Shown one piece after another: positions 37,122 to 48,255 of a DNA stretch of 64,000 nt (positions are counted from its first letter, which is position 1; every line of letters begins with the position of its first letter). The stretch covers positions 63,428,001 through 63,492,000 of the forward strand of contig NC_045696.1 of the NCBI RefSeq assembly GCF_009834535.1. Reading direction: 5' to 3'. The stretch is from Camelus ferus. Its lineage: Eukaryota. Under the pieces are notes generated by a model, which was not told where the DNA came from, did no database searches, and saw only the letters and a program-made list of their open reading frames with translations. The position numbers and the translations under genes are program-made.

Positions 37122-37310
37122 CATAATAAGAACTAAACTTATTGAAACTCACCCTTTGCTGGGCTTTGCGTGTCACACTGACTCATCTAATCCTTACGAT
37201 CACCTAATGAGGCAGGTCCTAGCGTGTCTTTCTTACGCATGAGGAAACGGAGGCACAAACATGTTAAGGTCCTTGCCCAACGTCAAACAGCTGGTGTGAA
37301 GCAGCACTGA
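37122..37310 (-). mobile_element. MIR SINE
   Basis: ctcatctaatccttacgatcacctaatgaggcagg..gaggaaacggaggcacaaa..cttgcccaacgtcaaacagctgg. Confidence 0.85.
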
Positions 37311-37519
37311 GACAGGCTGCAGACATCGAGGCCCCAGGTCCTGAGGAGGAGGACACGGGAGGCTCCTGTACGTAGCAGAAGGGTCAGGTCCTGGAGGAGG
37401 GCGGGAGTGTGACAGGGCAGCCTTGCTAATCTCTTAGTATTTCCAGTGACAACGTGGCTACATATTTGGCCTAAAGTGGTATTGCTTTGTCCACATTAAA
37501 CCATTCACCCTTGTCTTTA

Positions 37520-37640
37520 TTTAGCATTTACTGAACACGCAGTGATGCGCCAGACCTTGCGCTAGGCGCTAGGGTGACACGCTGAATAAGCCACCTCCCT
37601 GCCTTCAAGGAGTGCAGTTTCCTCGAGGAGGCTAACTGCA
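37520..37640 (-). mobile_element. L2 3' terminus
   Basis: gcatttactgaacac..gcgccagaccttgcgctaggcgctaggg..ccctgccttcaaggag. Confidence 0.75.
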
Positions 37641-37990
37641 GCAGTCAGGATGACAGAAAGAGAAACACACAACCACAGGCTGCTGCTGATCGCACTGCCG
37701 TTTTCATGACCCTGGGACAGACTCTTTCAAATGCTGAGGTTACAAAGCCTCTGCCCACAAACCCTTAACTCCCTGAAGAATTTCGCTGGTGCCTTTGTTG
37801 GTGCCTTCGTGGCATCTTGGTTGACCCCCTTTGCATATTCCTATGTCTCTGTCTTTGCTTATGTCTGCCTTCTAAAGTGCCTTTTAGCTCCTTCCCCCTT
37901 ATCTAAATCCTACCCAAGGGACTGGCCACTTCCTCCATGAAAACTGAACAGATCCCCCAGCAGCACACACCACGTGGGCCTACACTCTTC

Positions 37991-38716
37991 TAGAGTGACC
38001 AGTTGTCCCAGTTTGCCTGGGACTGAAGCATTGCCTGGTGTATCGCATTTCCACTGCTGCATAACAAATTACCACAAACTCAGCAGCTTAGAACAGCACC
38101 CATATTAGCTTACAGCCCCCCAGGTAGAAGTCCTGGCAGGGCGTGTCTGGGTACTCTGCTCAGAGTGTCACTAAAGTCTGAATTTCAGGTGTCTGCCAGG
38201 CTGAATTCTCATCTGGAGGCTCTGGATAAAAATCCATATTCAAGCTCATTCAGATTGTTGACAGAATTCAGTTTCTTGCAGTGTGGGGCTGTGATCCCTA
38301 CTTCTTTGCCAGTTGTCAACTGGAGGCTGTTCAGTTCCTAGATGTGGCCCATATTCTTTGCCATGTGGCCCCCCTCCATCTTCAAAGCCTCATTGGGTTG
38401 TCTTGCACTTTAAATCTTTCTGACGTCTTTGTCTCTGACCTCCAGACCTGCATTTCAAGGGCTCCTCTGATAAGGTCAAGCCCACCCAGCTAATCTCCCG
38501 ATCTTACAGTCAATTTATTTACACCTGCAAAACTTTCTCACAGCAATACCTAAATGTAATGTCTGATTGAAGAACTGGGTGAAGCTGTGTGTACAGCAGG
38601 GGCTAGGAATCTGGGGAGGAGTCCTAGAATTCTGACCACTACCTCTGGGCAGATGAAAGACTCTTAGCGCCAAAACTGAGAAAGCCCCAGGCAAACTGAG
38701 GCTGCTGGTGATTCTG
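37991..38716 (+). mobile_element. MER81-like hAT-Blackjack MITE, split by an MLT1 LTR (halves 37991-38038 and 38644-38716)
   Basis: tagagtgaccagttgtcccagtttgcctgggactga | aaaactgagaaagccccaggcaaactgag..ggtgattctg; joined halves match recalled MER81. Confidence 0.75.
38039..38643 (-). mobile_element. MaLR solo LTR (MLT1E-like)
   Basis: ctgcataacaaattaccacaaactcagcagctta..tcaagctcattcagattgttgacagaattcagtttcttgcag..tagaattctgaccactac; TSD cctgg/tctgg. Confidence 0.88.
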
Positions 38717-38879
38717 TTAATGAGTTCAGCAAAGGCCAGGCATTGGTTATTCTTCATTCTTCCTCACTTTTGACTCTACCCCACAGCTCTGCACGTAGCA
38801 AATTCTTGGTAAGATGTGCCACACTTGGGTGATAAGGCAACTGATGCTTTTCCACACGCCTCAGTGCCATGTAGCACCA

Positions 38880-39122
38880 GGACAGCGGGGCAAAGTGGCT
38901 GAGACTGTGAGCACCAAGTAGACAAACCTGGATTCAAATGCTCCTTGACTGTGATCTTTGACTAGATACCCAAACTCTTGGAGCCTCAGATATTTTCCTC
39001 TTATAGACTAGGGTTAGTAACAATGTCCTCCTATTAATGTTGCAAATGAAATCATGTACATGAAGCAAGAGACTCAAAGCTTGGTGTATAGTAGGTGCCC
39101 AGTGAAACCAGTTATTATTATT
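38880..39122 (+). mobile_element. MIR SINE
   Basis: agacaaacctggattcaaat..gactgtgatctttg..gagcctcag..atagtaggtgcccagtg..ttattatta. Confidence 0.75.
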
Positions 39123-40754
39123 CTTACCAGACCAGAGCCAGTTACCTGCTGCCACCCAGGTGGTGCCTGCATGGCCATCAAGGTGCAGAGGGGAGGGCTG
39201 TTCGGCTGACCACTCACAGGCCTCTAGTGCCCGGAAAAACAGGAGGATTTCCCTGCAGTGATGTCCTGGCCAGCCTAGATAACTGAGCTCTACTCTGAAA
39301 ATTCCTCTGGTAATTTAGTGCAAGAAACACATCTTCCTTCAATTTAAAACTTTTGGGTGGTACTGCGGTACAGATGTTAAATATTTGGGGTGTGTGACTC
39401 CAGAGGGTAAGGGGTGGGTTGGTAATTCTGAATCCTTTGAACATCTTAGTGGCCTCTTTGGATGAAAGGTGCATGTTGAATGTGGCATTTTATGAAATTA
39501 AAAGAAAATAATTTTCTGCTAAAACAGCTGTGGGGTCTCTGTAGACTGGAGAGATGTCTCAAAGCAGTCAGTGGACCTTAGGGCACAACGCCCTTTGGAA
39601 AACATCTGGAAACTGCACATCTCACTCCAACACAGCAAATCAAGGATAAAGTTGTTTATGAAGGAATTCCTCAGTTTCAGGGCATTTCCTTGCAAAAAAG
39701 AAAATCTTCTAGAGCAAACTCGTGCCATGAAGAGTGTGCTAAGGGGGTTTGATTGTTTTAATTAAAATAATTTCAGCTTTGAATGAGTCTTTACAAAACA
39801 ACACACAGACACAAATAAAAGACATCCAAACATCCCCTTCCCCTCTTCCTCTTCCTAAAGCACACAGCTTTGGCTTTAAAGGGGGACTTACTGCCTTTGT
39901 CCTCGATCCAGCAAACCAGGTGGTCACACAATCGGCAAACCAATAACAATTACAGACATGACAATTTTCTACTTGGCTGCCACAAACAAACAGTGAGCAA
40001 TGGGGCAGAGCAGGCTCTGAGGACCATCGGCAACGTGGAAAGAAAAGGAAGACAAATAGAGTTGGGTCCCAAGATTTAGACGAAGCCTCAGGCAGCTCCA
40101 GAGCTTAAAAAGAAAAAACCCAAACGTTCTTCCCTTCCTCCTCCTTCTGCACAAATGTTGCAATGAAGGATCCCTTAATACCTAAGCTTAGTGGAGCTTA
40201 GCGAACTGTTAACAGGCCCAAACAGGGGCCGCGGTGACCTCCACCATAAATCACTTTCGAGATAGAGACTCGCCTCCCTCCCGACCCTCCTACACTGCCT
40301 GCAGATGAGATTTAAGGAGTTGAAGTGGAGGGGAAATTTTTTTTAAAAATGGCCTTTTCCATTCTGTTTATTTATGTGGATTGGATTTCCCATCATGAGC
40401 AGAATTGTTTGAAATCTTCTGAAATCGGTGAGCTGTCCTGCTGTCTTTTTCCATGTCCTTTAAAAGGAAGCTCCATCCCCAATGACTTTGATGTAATTTA
40501 TGGTAGCCTTTTTTCAGTGGTTGTCTCTGGGCAGGAAAGGACTCTGAGGTCATTTAAGTCCAGAGGTGACCTGACGTGGCTAGTTATCAGCACCAGCCTA
40601 GAGGTTCCCTGGAACCGCGGAATCAGAATGGGGGATTGGCCCACAAGGTGCATTTAAATGCCCCTGCCCCTCATCCCACCCCTGGTGAATCTGATACAGC
40701 TTCTTGGTGGGTGTACATCTGGGAACCACAGGAGGTGTAAATCGACTCCCACCC

Positions 40755-40865
40755 CATCCTCCTCAATGCAGAGAGGTGAAAACAGTTCTAGAAAGAGGTC
40801 CTGATCTGTTCAAGGTCATCTGATGAGTTAGTGGCAGGGGTCTCTTAACCGAGTCCAAGACTGTT
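40755..40865 (-). mobile_element. MIR fragment
   Basis: gatctgttcaaggtcatctgatgagttagtggcag. Confidence 0.6.
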
Positions 40866-41218
40866 TCCAAGGCCTGCCAATCCCCTGAATGGTTCTCCTG
40901 GTTGGCCCACAAAGACTGGGACATTCCCCAGCCGCTCTGTGTATGCAGTTCTTCCTCCAGGGCTGACAAATGGCCCCGTAGTGGCAGCAGTGCCAGCATA
41001 CTTTGATTTTACAGAGAAGCGGCTGCCTCTGGCAACCACATTCACGTCACCAAAACCTCAAATGGAAGAAACTCAGTTTCTTGCCCAACTTACTCCATCT
41101 GGTTCAGTGTCCCGTGGGTCATTTCTTTGTCTGTGTATTTGTCCAAGATGGATCGTGACAGCTATATTTAAGATTCACAGTAGCAATGGTATCATTACTG
41201 GTGAAATCTTTCTTTCTC

Positions 41219-41290
41219 CCTTCCTTCCTTCCTTCCTTCCTTCCTTCCTTCCTTCCTTCCTTCCTTCCTTCCTTCCTTCCTTCCTTCCTT
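41219..41290. repeat. (CCTT)18 microsatellite; degenerate pyrimidine tract continues to ~41350
   Basis: Read directly. Confidence 0.96.
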
Positions 41291-42344
41291 CGCCTTCCCT
41301 CCCTCCCTCCTTCATTCCATCTTTCCTTCTTTCCATCCTCTCTCTCTCTCAAAGAAGAGAAAGCAGCTATTCCTTTTAGCCACTAACCCTTGGGATAGTT
41401 TTATTCGCTAGAACTTGGTGAGCACCTACAGAGCTAAGCCGCAGAGTTGCAAGGCTGAGTGCAGACACCGCCTCTGTGCCCAGAAACCGCCTCCCTCCCT
41501 GTCCCTCTAGTCAGGGTGCTTATAAGAAGCACCCATTTAGGGTAGCTCTGTGCCCTGGATTTGGGCCTTCTTTTGTTACTAAAAAAGAAAAAAAAAACGT
41601 TGTATTAATCTGTCATCACTCTTCAGTTTGTCCCTGCAGTCTGTGGGGGTGGGGGCGGGGTGCCATTTTCAGTTCTGACATTCACAGGAAATAGTTTATT
41701 TATAATTTAGAAAACCAATGACCTTAGTACCGTTTCTTTTCTTCCTCTGCTTCCCTTTTTTTCTTTCTTCTTTTTCTTTTCTCCCCCTATCTTCCTCTCA
41801 GCCTGTTTCTTGTCTTCCTCTCCCTCCTCCTCCTCTTCCTCACCCCCGTAGAGCTGGCACACAGAAAGAGGAGGAGGAGGAGAGGAGGGCAGGAGTAGGG
41901 GAGGGGGAGCAGGAAAACGAGAAGCAGAAACTGGGAATGAATGAACACAAGAGTGTAACGGTGATGATTGCAGCCCTGGTTTGGGCACCTGAGTGGAGGT
42001 CCGGGATGGAGTGTTGCACAATTTGAATTGCTTAAGCAATGGGCTCTTCCAGGGAACTCCCTCCTGCCGCATTCTGTTTGATGTGGGAAGCTAAGTAAAG
42101 GTTACAGTTCATTTTGCAAAGAGAGTGACTTTGACGGTCTCTATACTGAGCCCAAATTCTCTTCTCCCCCTCTCACCGTGCAGTCTCAGAAGTGGCTTTT
42201 TATTCCTACACTGGATGGACCTCAGCTGCAGTTTGAGGAGTCTGAACAGACCTGTAACAGCCAAAATAACACCCACCAACTTCTACCCCAAACCCATTCC
42301 TTCTCCTACTGACTTTAAGCACTGCGGTTTCGTCCCCTGGGAGT

Positions 42345-42552
42345 CCTCCCACATTCAGTGCAGTGCTTGGCCATATTGCAGACTGAGGCAAAAGGAAAAA
42401 CTCAGTAATATATATCCTGTCTTTATTTAAATTTTTCATATTTTATACATCATGAATGTTTTGCATTAATTCTTATTTTTAAAAACATGGCATTAAAATA
42501 GTATTTACTTGATTACTGAGTTTTCTGGCTCCCCCTTCAGTTTTGCACACCA
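42345..42552 (+). mobile_element. MER96B-like hAT DNA transposon fragment
   Basis: ggcaaaaggaaaaa.tcagtaata..atcctgtctttatttaaa..gcattaaaata..cttgattactgagtttt..cccccttcagttttgc. Confidence 0.7.
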
Positions 42553-42574
42553 CTCTCCACTTTGCCTAAACCCC

Positions 42575-42930
42575 TCCCCACTCTCCAGTGCAATTCAGTT
42601 GATGACCAAGTTCTAAATCCTGCCAATTCCACCTTGTAACTTTGTCTGCAGGTCTCTCTGTCTCTCTGTCTGTCTCTCTCTCAGGTCTGCTGCCACCACT
42701 CCATAAGAGGCCACCATTGTTTCCAGCTAGTATACAGCAACAGCTTTCTAACTGGCCTTCCTGTTTCATCCACCCACGCTAGCAATCCTTTTTCTCCAGT
42801 GATTCCAGAGTGACTTCCTAAATACAAAGGTTTGACTTACATCTTCCTGTGTCTCCCTACTGCCAACCAAACAAAACCCATCCTTAGCTCGACACTGAAA
42901 GTCCTCTGGTGTTTTGCCTCAGTCTTCCCT
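42575..42930 (+). mobile_element. L2 fragment
   Basis: caagttctaaatcctgccaattccacct..caacagctttctaactggccttcctg..ccagagtgacttcctaaatac. Confidence 0.7.
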
Positions 42931-43030
42931 CCGTCTTTACTTTTACTAATGTATGAAACCCCTGCTTCCCTTTTGCTTGGTTAGGGCGTATGGAACTTAG
43001 GTATAGAGAAAGTGTAACAATAGATCTCTT

Positions 43031-43488
43031 TAAAAAATATTTTATTTATTTTTATTTAAGTATAGTTGATTTACAGTGTTGTATTAGTTTCCAGTGTATA
43101 GTAAAGTGATTCAGTTATACATATATATTTATATATATTCTTTTTCATAGTAGTTTGTTACAGGATTTGAATATAGTTCCCTGTGCCACACAGTAGAACT
43201 TGTTGATTATTTTATATACAGTAGTTTGTATCTGCTAATCCCAAATTCATTTATTCCTCACCCCTCTTTCCCTTTGGTAGCCATCAGTTTGTTTTCTATG
43301 TCTGTGAGTCTTTCTGTTTTGTAAATAAGTTCATTTGTGTCATATTTTAGGTTCCACATGTAAGTGATATCATATTGTATTTGTTTTTCTCTGTCTGACT
43401 TACTTCACTTAGTATGATAATCTCTAGGTCCATCCATGTTGCAAATGGCATTATTTCATTCTTTTTTATGGCCGAGTAGTATTCCATT

Positions 43489-43535
<47 letters not shown>

Positions 43536-44005
43536 CATATATATATGTATGTGTTTATATATATATATGTATATGTGTATGTGTTGTGTGTGTATATATA
43601 TATACACTGCAACCTCTTTGTCCAGTCATCTGTTGATGGACACTTAGGTGGTTTCCATGTCTTGGCTATTGTAACTAGTGCTTCTATGAACATGGGGTTG
43701 TGTGTATCTTTTCAAATTAGAGTTTTCTCTGGACATATGCCCAGAAGTGGGATTGGTGGGTCATATGGTAAGTCTATTTTCAGTTTTTTGAGGAATCTCC
43801 ATATAGTTTTCCATAACGGCTGCACCAACTACATTCCCACCAGCAGTGCAGGAAGGCTCCCTTTTCTCCACACCCTCTCCAGCAGTTGTTCTTGTAGACT
43901 GCTTCATGATGGTCATTCCAACTGGTATGAGATGATACCTCATTACAGTTTTGATTAACATTTCTCTAATAATTAGCCATGTTGAGTGTCTTTTCATGAG
44001 CCTTC
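43031..44005 (-). mobile_element. 5'-truncated L1 (ORF2 C-terminus and 3' UTR) with internal (GT)n/(TA)n expansion at ~43491-43605
   Basis: Perfect 14-bp TSD acaatagatctctt (43017-43030, 44006-44019); minus-strand ORF2 peptides ([27 protein letters not shown]). Confidence 0.93.
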
Positions 44006-44019
44006 ACAATAGATCTCTT

Positions 44020-44408
44020 GAGAGGTATTTGTGAAAAAGTAGATCAGTGGTCAAATTAGTTCAGAACTGGTTTCTTATCCCCTCTTCTTGGTGTTACAAA
44101 ATGATTATTAGCACATGAAAACCTCTGAGGAGACTAGCTAAAGAAACTTTTAATTGTAGTGCAATGTTCTCCTAATATTTGCGCACTGAATCTCTCTCTT
44201 TTTTGGAGGAGGGGAGCAGTGGGGAGGTAGTTAGGTTTACTTAGTTAGTTATTTTAATGGAGGTACTGGAGATTGAACCCAGGACCTCATACATGCTAGG
44301 CATGTGCTCTACCACTGAGCTATACCCTCCTCCTGAATCTCTTCTTAAAATTCAGATTAACCTTTTAAGAGGTATGTTTTGCAGAACAGTTTGATAAACA
44401 TTGGTCTA
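44020..44408. mobile_element. degenerate hAT-Charlie-type MITE (family uncertain), containing the SINE at 44196
   Basis: gtggtcaaattagtt..attagcacatgaaaacctctgaggagact..taaagaaac..gaacagtttgataaacattg resembles Charlie MITE internal and terminal motifs. Confidence 0.45.
44196..44332 (-). mobile_element. tRNA-Ala-derived SINE (vic-1-like)
   Basis: tggaggtactggagattgaacccaggacctc..ctctaccactgagctataccctcc; TSD ctgaatctct (44186-44195, 44333-44342). Confidence 0.92.
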
Positions 44409-44589
44409 ATAGTGAAAACCTTTTGGGCAATCAACCTAAAAACCAGGGTTCTAGAATTGCTACTGGTATGGCATTTATCCCATTGTTCATGTTACATGCA
44501 ATGAGTTCTGAGGAAACCAAATGAAGATAACATTCAAGTTTTGTCCCAAAGAATTCACTGGGAAGGTTTACAAACCAATATAGTAGGAG

Positions 44590-44850
44590 AAGTGATAGTG
44601 GTAGGGACAAAATAAAGAAATTCTGCTGGGGAATCAGAAGGACCCTTGAAAAAGAGAGATGTTTGAACTGGGTCTTGAAAGAGTAAGAGTTTACGGATGG
44701 ACAAGGTGAAGAGATACTTTCCTAAGAGAAGGACCAGTGTATGTAAAGGGAACAAAAGGACATTATGTATCTTGGGAATGTATCTGTGGGAACATACAGC
44801 ATGTGTTGGCATGAGGTTAGTGGTGGAGAAGAGTTTCTGGAGAGGGTGAG
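44590..44850 (-). mobile_element. L2 fragment
   Basis: gatgtttgaactgggtcttgaaagagtaagagttt..ggaccagtgtatgtaaagg. Confidence 0.65.
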
Positions 44851-45034
44851 TCCCACACTTCACAATCAAGAAGGCACTACGTGAATGGTTCCCCCTTGAG
44901 CTGTGCACAACCTGCATGCCTGAACATGGTGACCCTGGAGTAAATGTTAGAGAGTTGGGCAAGACCATATCCTAGAGGGACATTAGAATCGAAACTTTAG
45001 TGAAAGACAGCCGTGCTTACCCAAGTAATATTGC

Positions 45035-46430
45035 TTTTTTTTTTAACTTTAAATCTATACAATATATGATTTTAAAATTTTAAACATTTGAATACAATAT
45101 AAATTTAGAGTTAAAAACAAAAGCCCCACTCTTCCCCTTTCCCCTACCCTAAGCACAGTCTTACCCTCCTCACTCCACTCCCAGATGACATGTCTATCAG
45201 TGGTTTGGGTGTGTCCTCCCAGAATTTACATGCGTATATTGGTACACTTATGAATATGTTAATTAAGTCTTTTACTTAAGGGGGAACATCCTTTGCATGT
45301 TGTGCTGCACCTTGATCTTCTCACCTAACGATATAGTATGAAGAGCTTCCAATGTCAATACAAGTAGATATGCAACATCTTCTTTCTCATGGCTGCCACA
45401 CTGGGTATTGTGGGTCCCCTCCACCCACTCACTCTGCCCCTTCCCCCTTGGGGGGCAGCCTTGGGATTTGGGTGGGGTTGGCCTCATCCCTAGTTGTAGG
45501 GGTGAGCCCTGGTTAGTGTTAGCCTCAGCAGTTAGCTTAGGATCACTCCAATCTCGGGGAGGGACAGGATCCCCGGGTGGCTGCAGGAAGAGCAGCACAC
45601 CCCCCACCCCACCGAGCTCTGCAGTGTGCCGAGGTCAGACCCAGGAATGCTGTCTTCTGAAGTGTGTGGGCTCTGAGAGAAGCCAGCTGAGGATGAAGGG
45701 GCACATGGAGGAGAGTGAGCCAAGAGAAGAATAGAAACACTGAATCTGAAACCCTCCCTACATGTGGACTTTTCCAGTAAATAAGCCAATGAATTGCTGC
45801 GTAGTTTAAGATTGTTTTGGGGGGTCCTCGCTGAAATATCCACACAGTATGCCCTGGATGGACTACTGCTTAGCCAGCCTTCTAGTGTTGGGCTCTAAGA
45901 TGACTTCTGTGGTGTTTTTATTTGTTGTTTGTTATTATAAATAAGGCTGCAATAAACATCTCTGTAGTGTTCTGTATATGTAAACTATGTTGCAGGAAAA
46001 TAACTGAAGTGGAATTTCTGGGTCGAAGGGTATGCGTGCTTTTATTTGAATAGAAACTGTCAAATTATACCTTCAAAAGGACCTACCACCACCAGTAGAG
46101 TCTGGGGAGTGCAACATTTGCTGATCAACACAGATGCTTACCATCAGCCTGCAGTAGTGGAGCAGGGTCCTGGGGGTCCCAAGGGAGAGGACGGGGACCG
46201 GGTAGGCAGGGCACACTGAGGGGGCGCTGGTCAGTAACCCTTTACCAGCTGCCACGGAGCCATGTACTCAGTAGCACATGGGTCTCTTTGCCCGGTGCCG
46301 CACCAGCACAGAACGGCGATTGAAACTGTCCTAGCAATGTAGTAAGTCGTGATGTTTGGTGTGATAAGTTTCTCTTCATTGTTCTTTTTCAAAATTCTCT
46401 TGGGCTATTCTCTGACATTGTCCCTTCCAG
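45035..46430 (-). mobile_element. ancient L1ME-like fragments, interrupted by an LTR
   Basis: tgctgcaccttg..tcacctaacgatat; ataaataaggctgcaataaacatc..gaagtggaatttctgggtcgaagggtatg; ttttcaaaattctcttgggctattc. Confidence 0.65.
45409..45846 (+). mobile_element. old MaLR LTR (MLT1J/K/L-like)
   Basis: TG..CA ends with gtat on both flanks; ctgaaacc..tggacttttccagt..agccaatgaatt..tttaag at the 3' end. Confidence 0.55.
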
Positions 46431-47039
46431 ACAGAGTCAGTGCAAAAGGCTCTGATACCTAGACCACCAGTTCCATCCTCTGCTGGAGAAGGAATGTCCT
46501 GTCCTCTCCTGAGGCAGGTCTTTGACAAGGCCTACTGGCCATTCGTTGGGTCTTTTTTTTTTTTTTTAAATTAACTAGTTAGAACTAAAAATAAAATGAC
46601 AAAGTGGAATAAAAGTCTCAGAGAATGCTAGGAAACAATGATGGATTTTTCAGCCTTTTATGAAAGAGGACCCTTGGATCGGGAGAGGTGATGTGAATGG
46701 GGAAGGCCACGCTGAGGGTGGGTGGTGGGTGGGGAAACAGCGGTGGGACTTCCACCCGGAGCTGCTCCCCCCACCCCGCCCACCTGCCCCAGGCTAGATG
46801 GCCTCCATGTCTTGGCACGTCTCTGGGCAGGGCACAGCCCTCTACAGCTCCCAGAGCACGTCTCTGCTGATAGTTCGTGCTTCCTGGCTGCTCGCAGACC
46901 TAGTAAACAGAGATGAGGTCGCAGTGGAAGTGGGTCTGAGTCCTTGCAGTAAGTGCCCCCAACCCTTCTGGAGACAATATTTTTTAAAAGAAGGTGCCCC
47001 TTTACCCTGCCGTATTTTCTTCATGCTTCTACCATCACC

Positions 47040-47200
47040 TGGGACATTAGTTAGTTACTTCTATTTACCATCCGTCATGCCCTCCCTCCCCTAGAACAGG
47101 AGCACCATGCAGACAGGGACTTGTTTTATTTGTGATTGTATCCGCGTGCCTAGAACAATGCCTGGTGCATGCCAGCTGCTCAGCAAATGTTTGCCGAGTG
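47040..47200 (+). mobile_element. L2 3' terminus
   Basis: ccctagaac..caccatgcagacagggacttgttttatt..gtgcctagaacaatgcctggtgca..ctcagcaaatgtttg. Confidence 0.8.
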
Positions 47201-47215
47201 ACCGGGCGCTATGAC

Positions 47216-47581
47216 TCTCATAGCTGGGTCAGGCTGCTGTAGCAGAATACCACCGAGTGGGAAGCTTAGAAGCAACAGCAGTTGACTCCTTCACAGTTCT
47301 GGAGGCTGGCTGTTTGAGATCAAGGCATCAACAGATTTGATATCTGGTGAGGGTTCGATTCCCAGTTCATAGATGGCTGTCTTCTCACTGTGTCCTCACC
47401 TAGAGGAAGGGACAAGGGAGCTCTCCCAGATCCCTTTTATTAAGGCACTAATCCTATTCACAAGAGCTCCACCCTTACGACCTAATCACCTCCCAAAGAC
47501 TCCACCTCCTCATACCATCACACTGGGGGTTGGGTTTCAACATACGAATTTGGAGAGGACACAAACATTCAGACCGTATCA
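47216..47581 (-). mobile_element. MaLR solo LTR (MLT1A0-like)
   Basis: cacagttctggaggctgg..tctggtgaggg..ttctcactgtgtcctcac..cctaatcacctcccaaag..acacaaacattcagacc; TSD atgac/gtgac. Confidence 0.9.
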
Positions 47582-48119
47582 GTGACTAAGGAAGCCCTTG
47601 TAGGTTTGCTGCCTGTTTCTCCAGGGAGACGAAAAAGTTGACACGAGTCAGTGCCACAGCCCTGGAGGTGCAAATCAGGCTGGGCATGTGGAGACACATA
47701 GAGATTGAGGACACAGCCTCAGAAGTCTTGGTACCAGGGCACAATGACCTCAACCAAATAGCCCTAGGGCTTTTAAACAATTCTTTTCCATCATTCAATG
47801 GGTTTCTTTTCAAAACCTTCAAATGCTGAGGAGGAACAAAAATAGGGAGATTATTTATGATCTTTGGTCCTCTTTTTATTTTTTTTCAACCTTGAAGCTG
47901 AGTGAACAAAAACAATGGAGCTCACCCGAGAAGAATGTTGAAAGTCACATTTGGTGTTTCACCCAAGTTCATCCGGCTGTTTAGAAATGAAGGAGGAAAT
48001 ACATCATGGAGTAGTATTGACAAGTGTGGGTTTATTGAGAGTTCGGCCAAGTTCAGAGGATATTTGACATGCATGGCTTGCCGCCCTCTTCTCAGGACCA
48101 GGAGAAAAGATGCAAATAT

Positions 48120-48255
48120 CTCATCACTTCACTAAGCCTTGGTCTCCTCATCTGTAAAATGGGATGACAAAAATCCACCTTGCTGAGTTTGAGGGTATGA
48201 CGAGCTGGTGAGTATGAAGTGCCCTGTAAACCGTCAGATGTTGTACAAGTGCATG
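48120..48255 (+). mobile_element. MIR fragment
   Basis: gccttggtctcctcatctgtaaaatgggatga..gtatgaagtgccctgtaaac. Confidence 0.75.
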
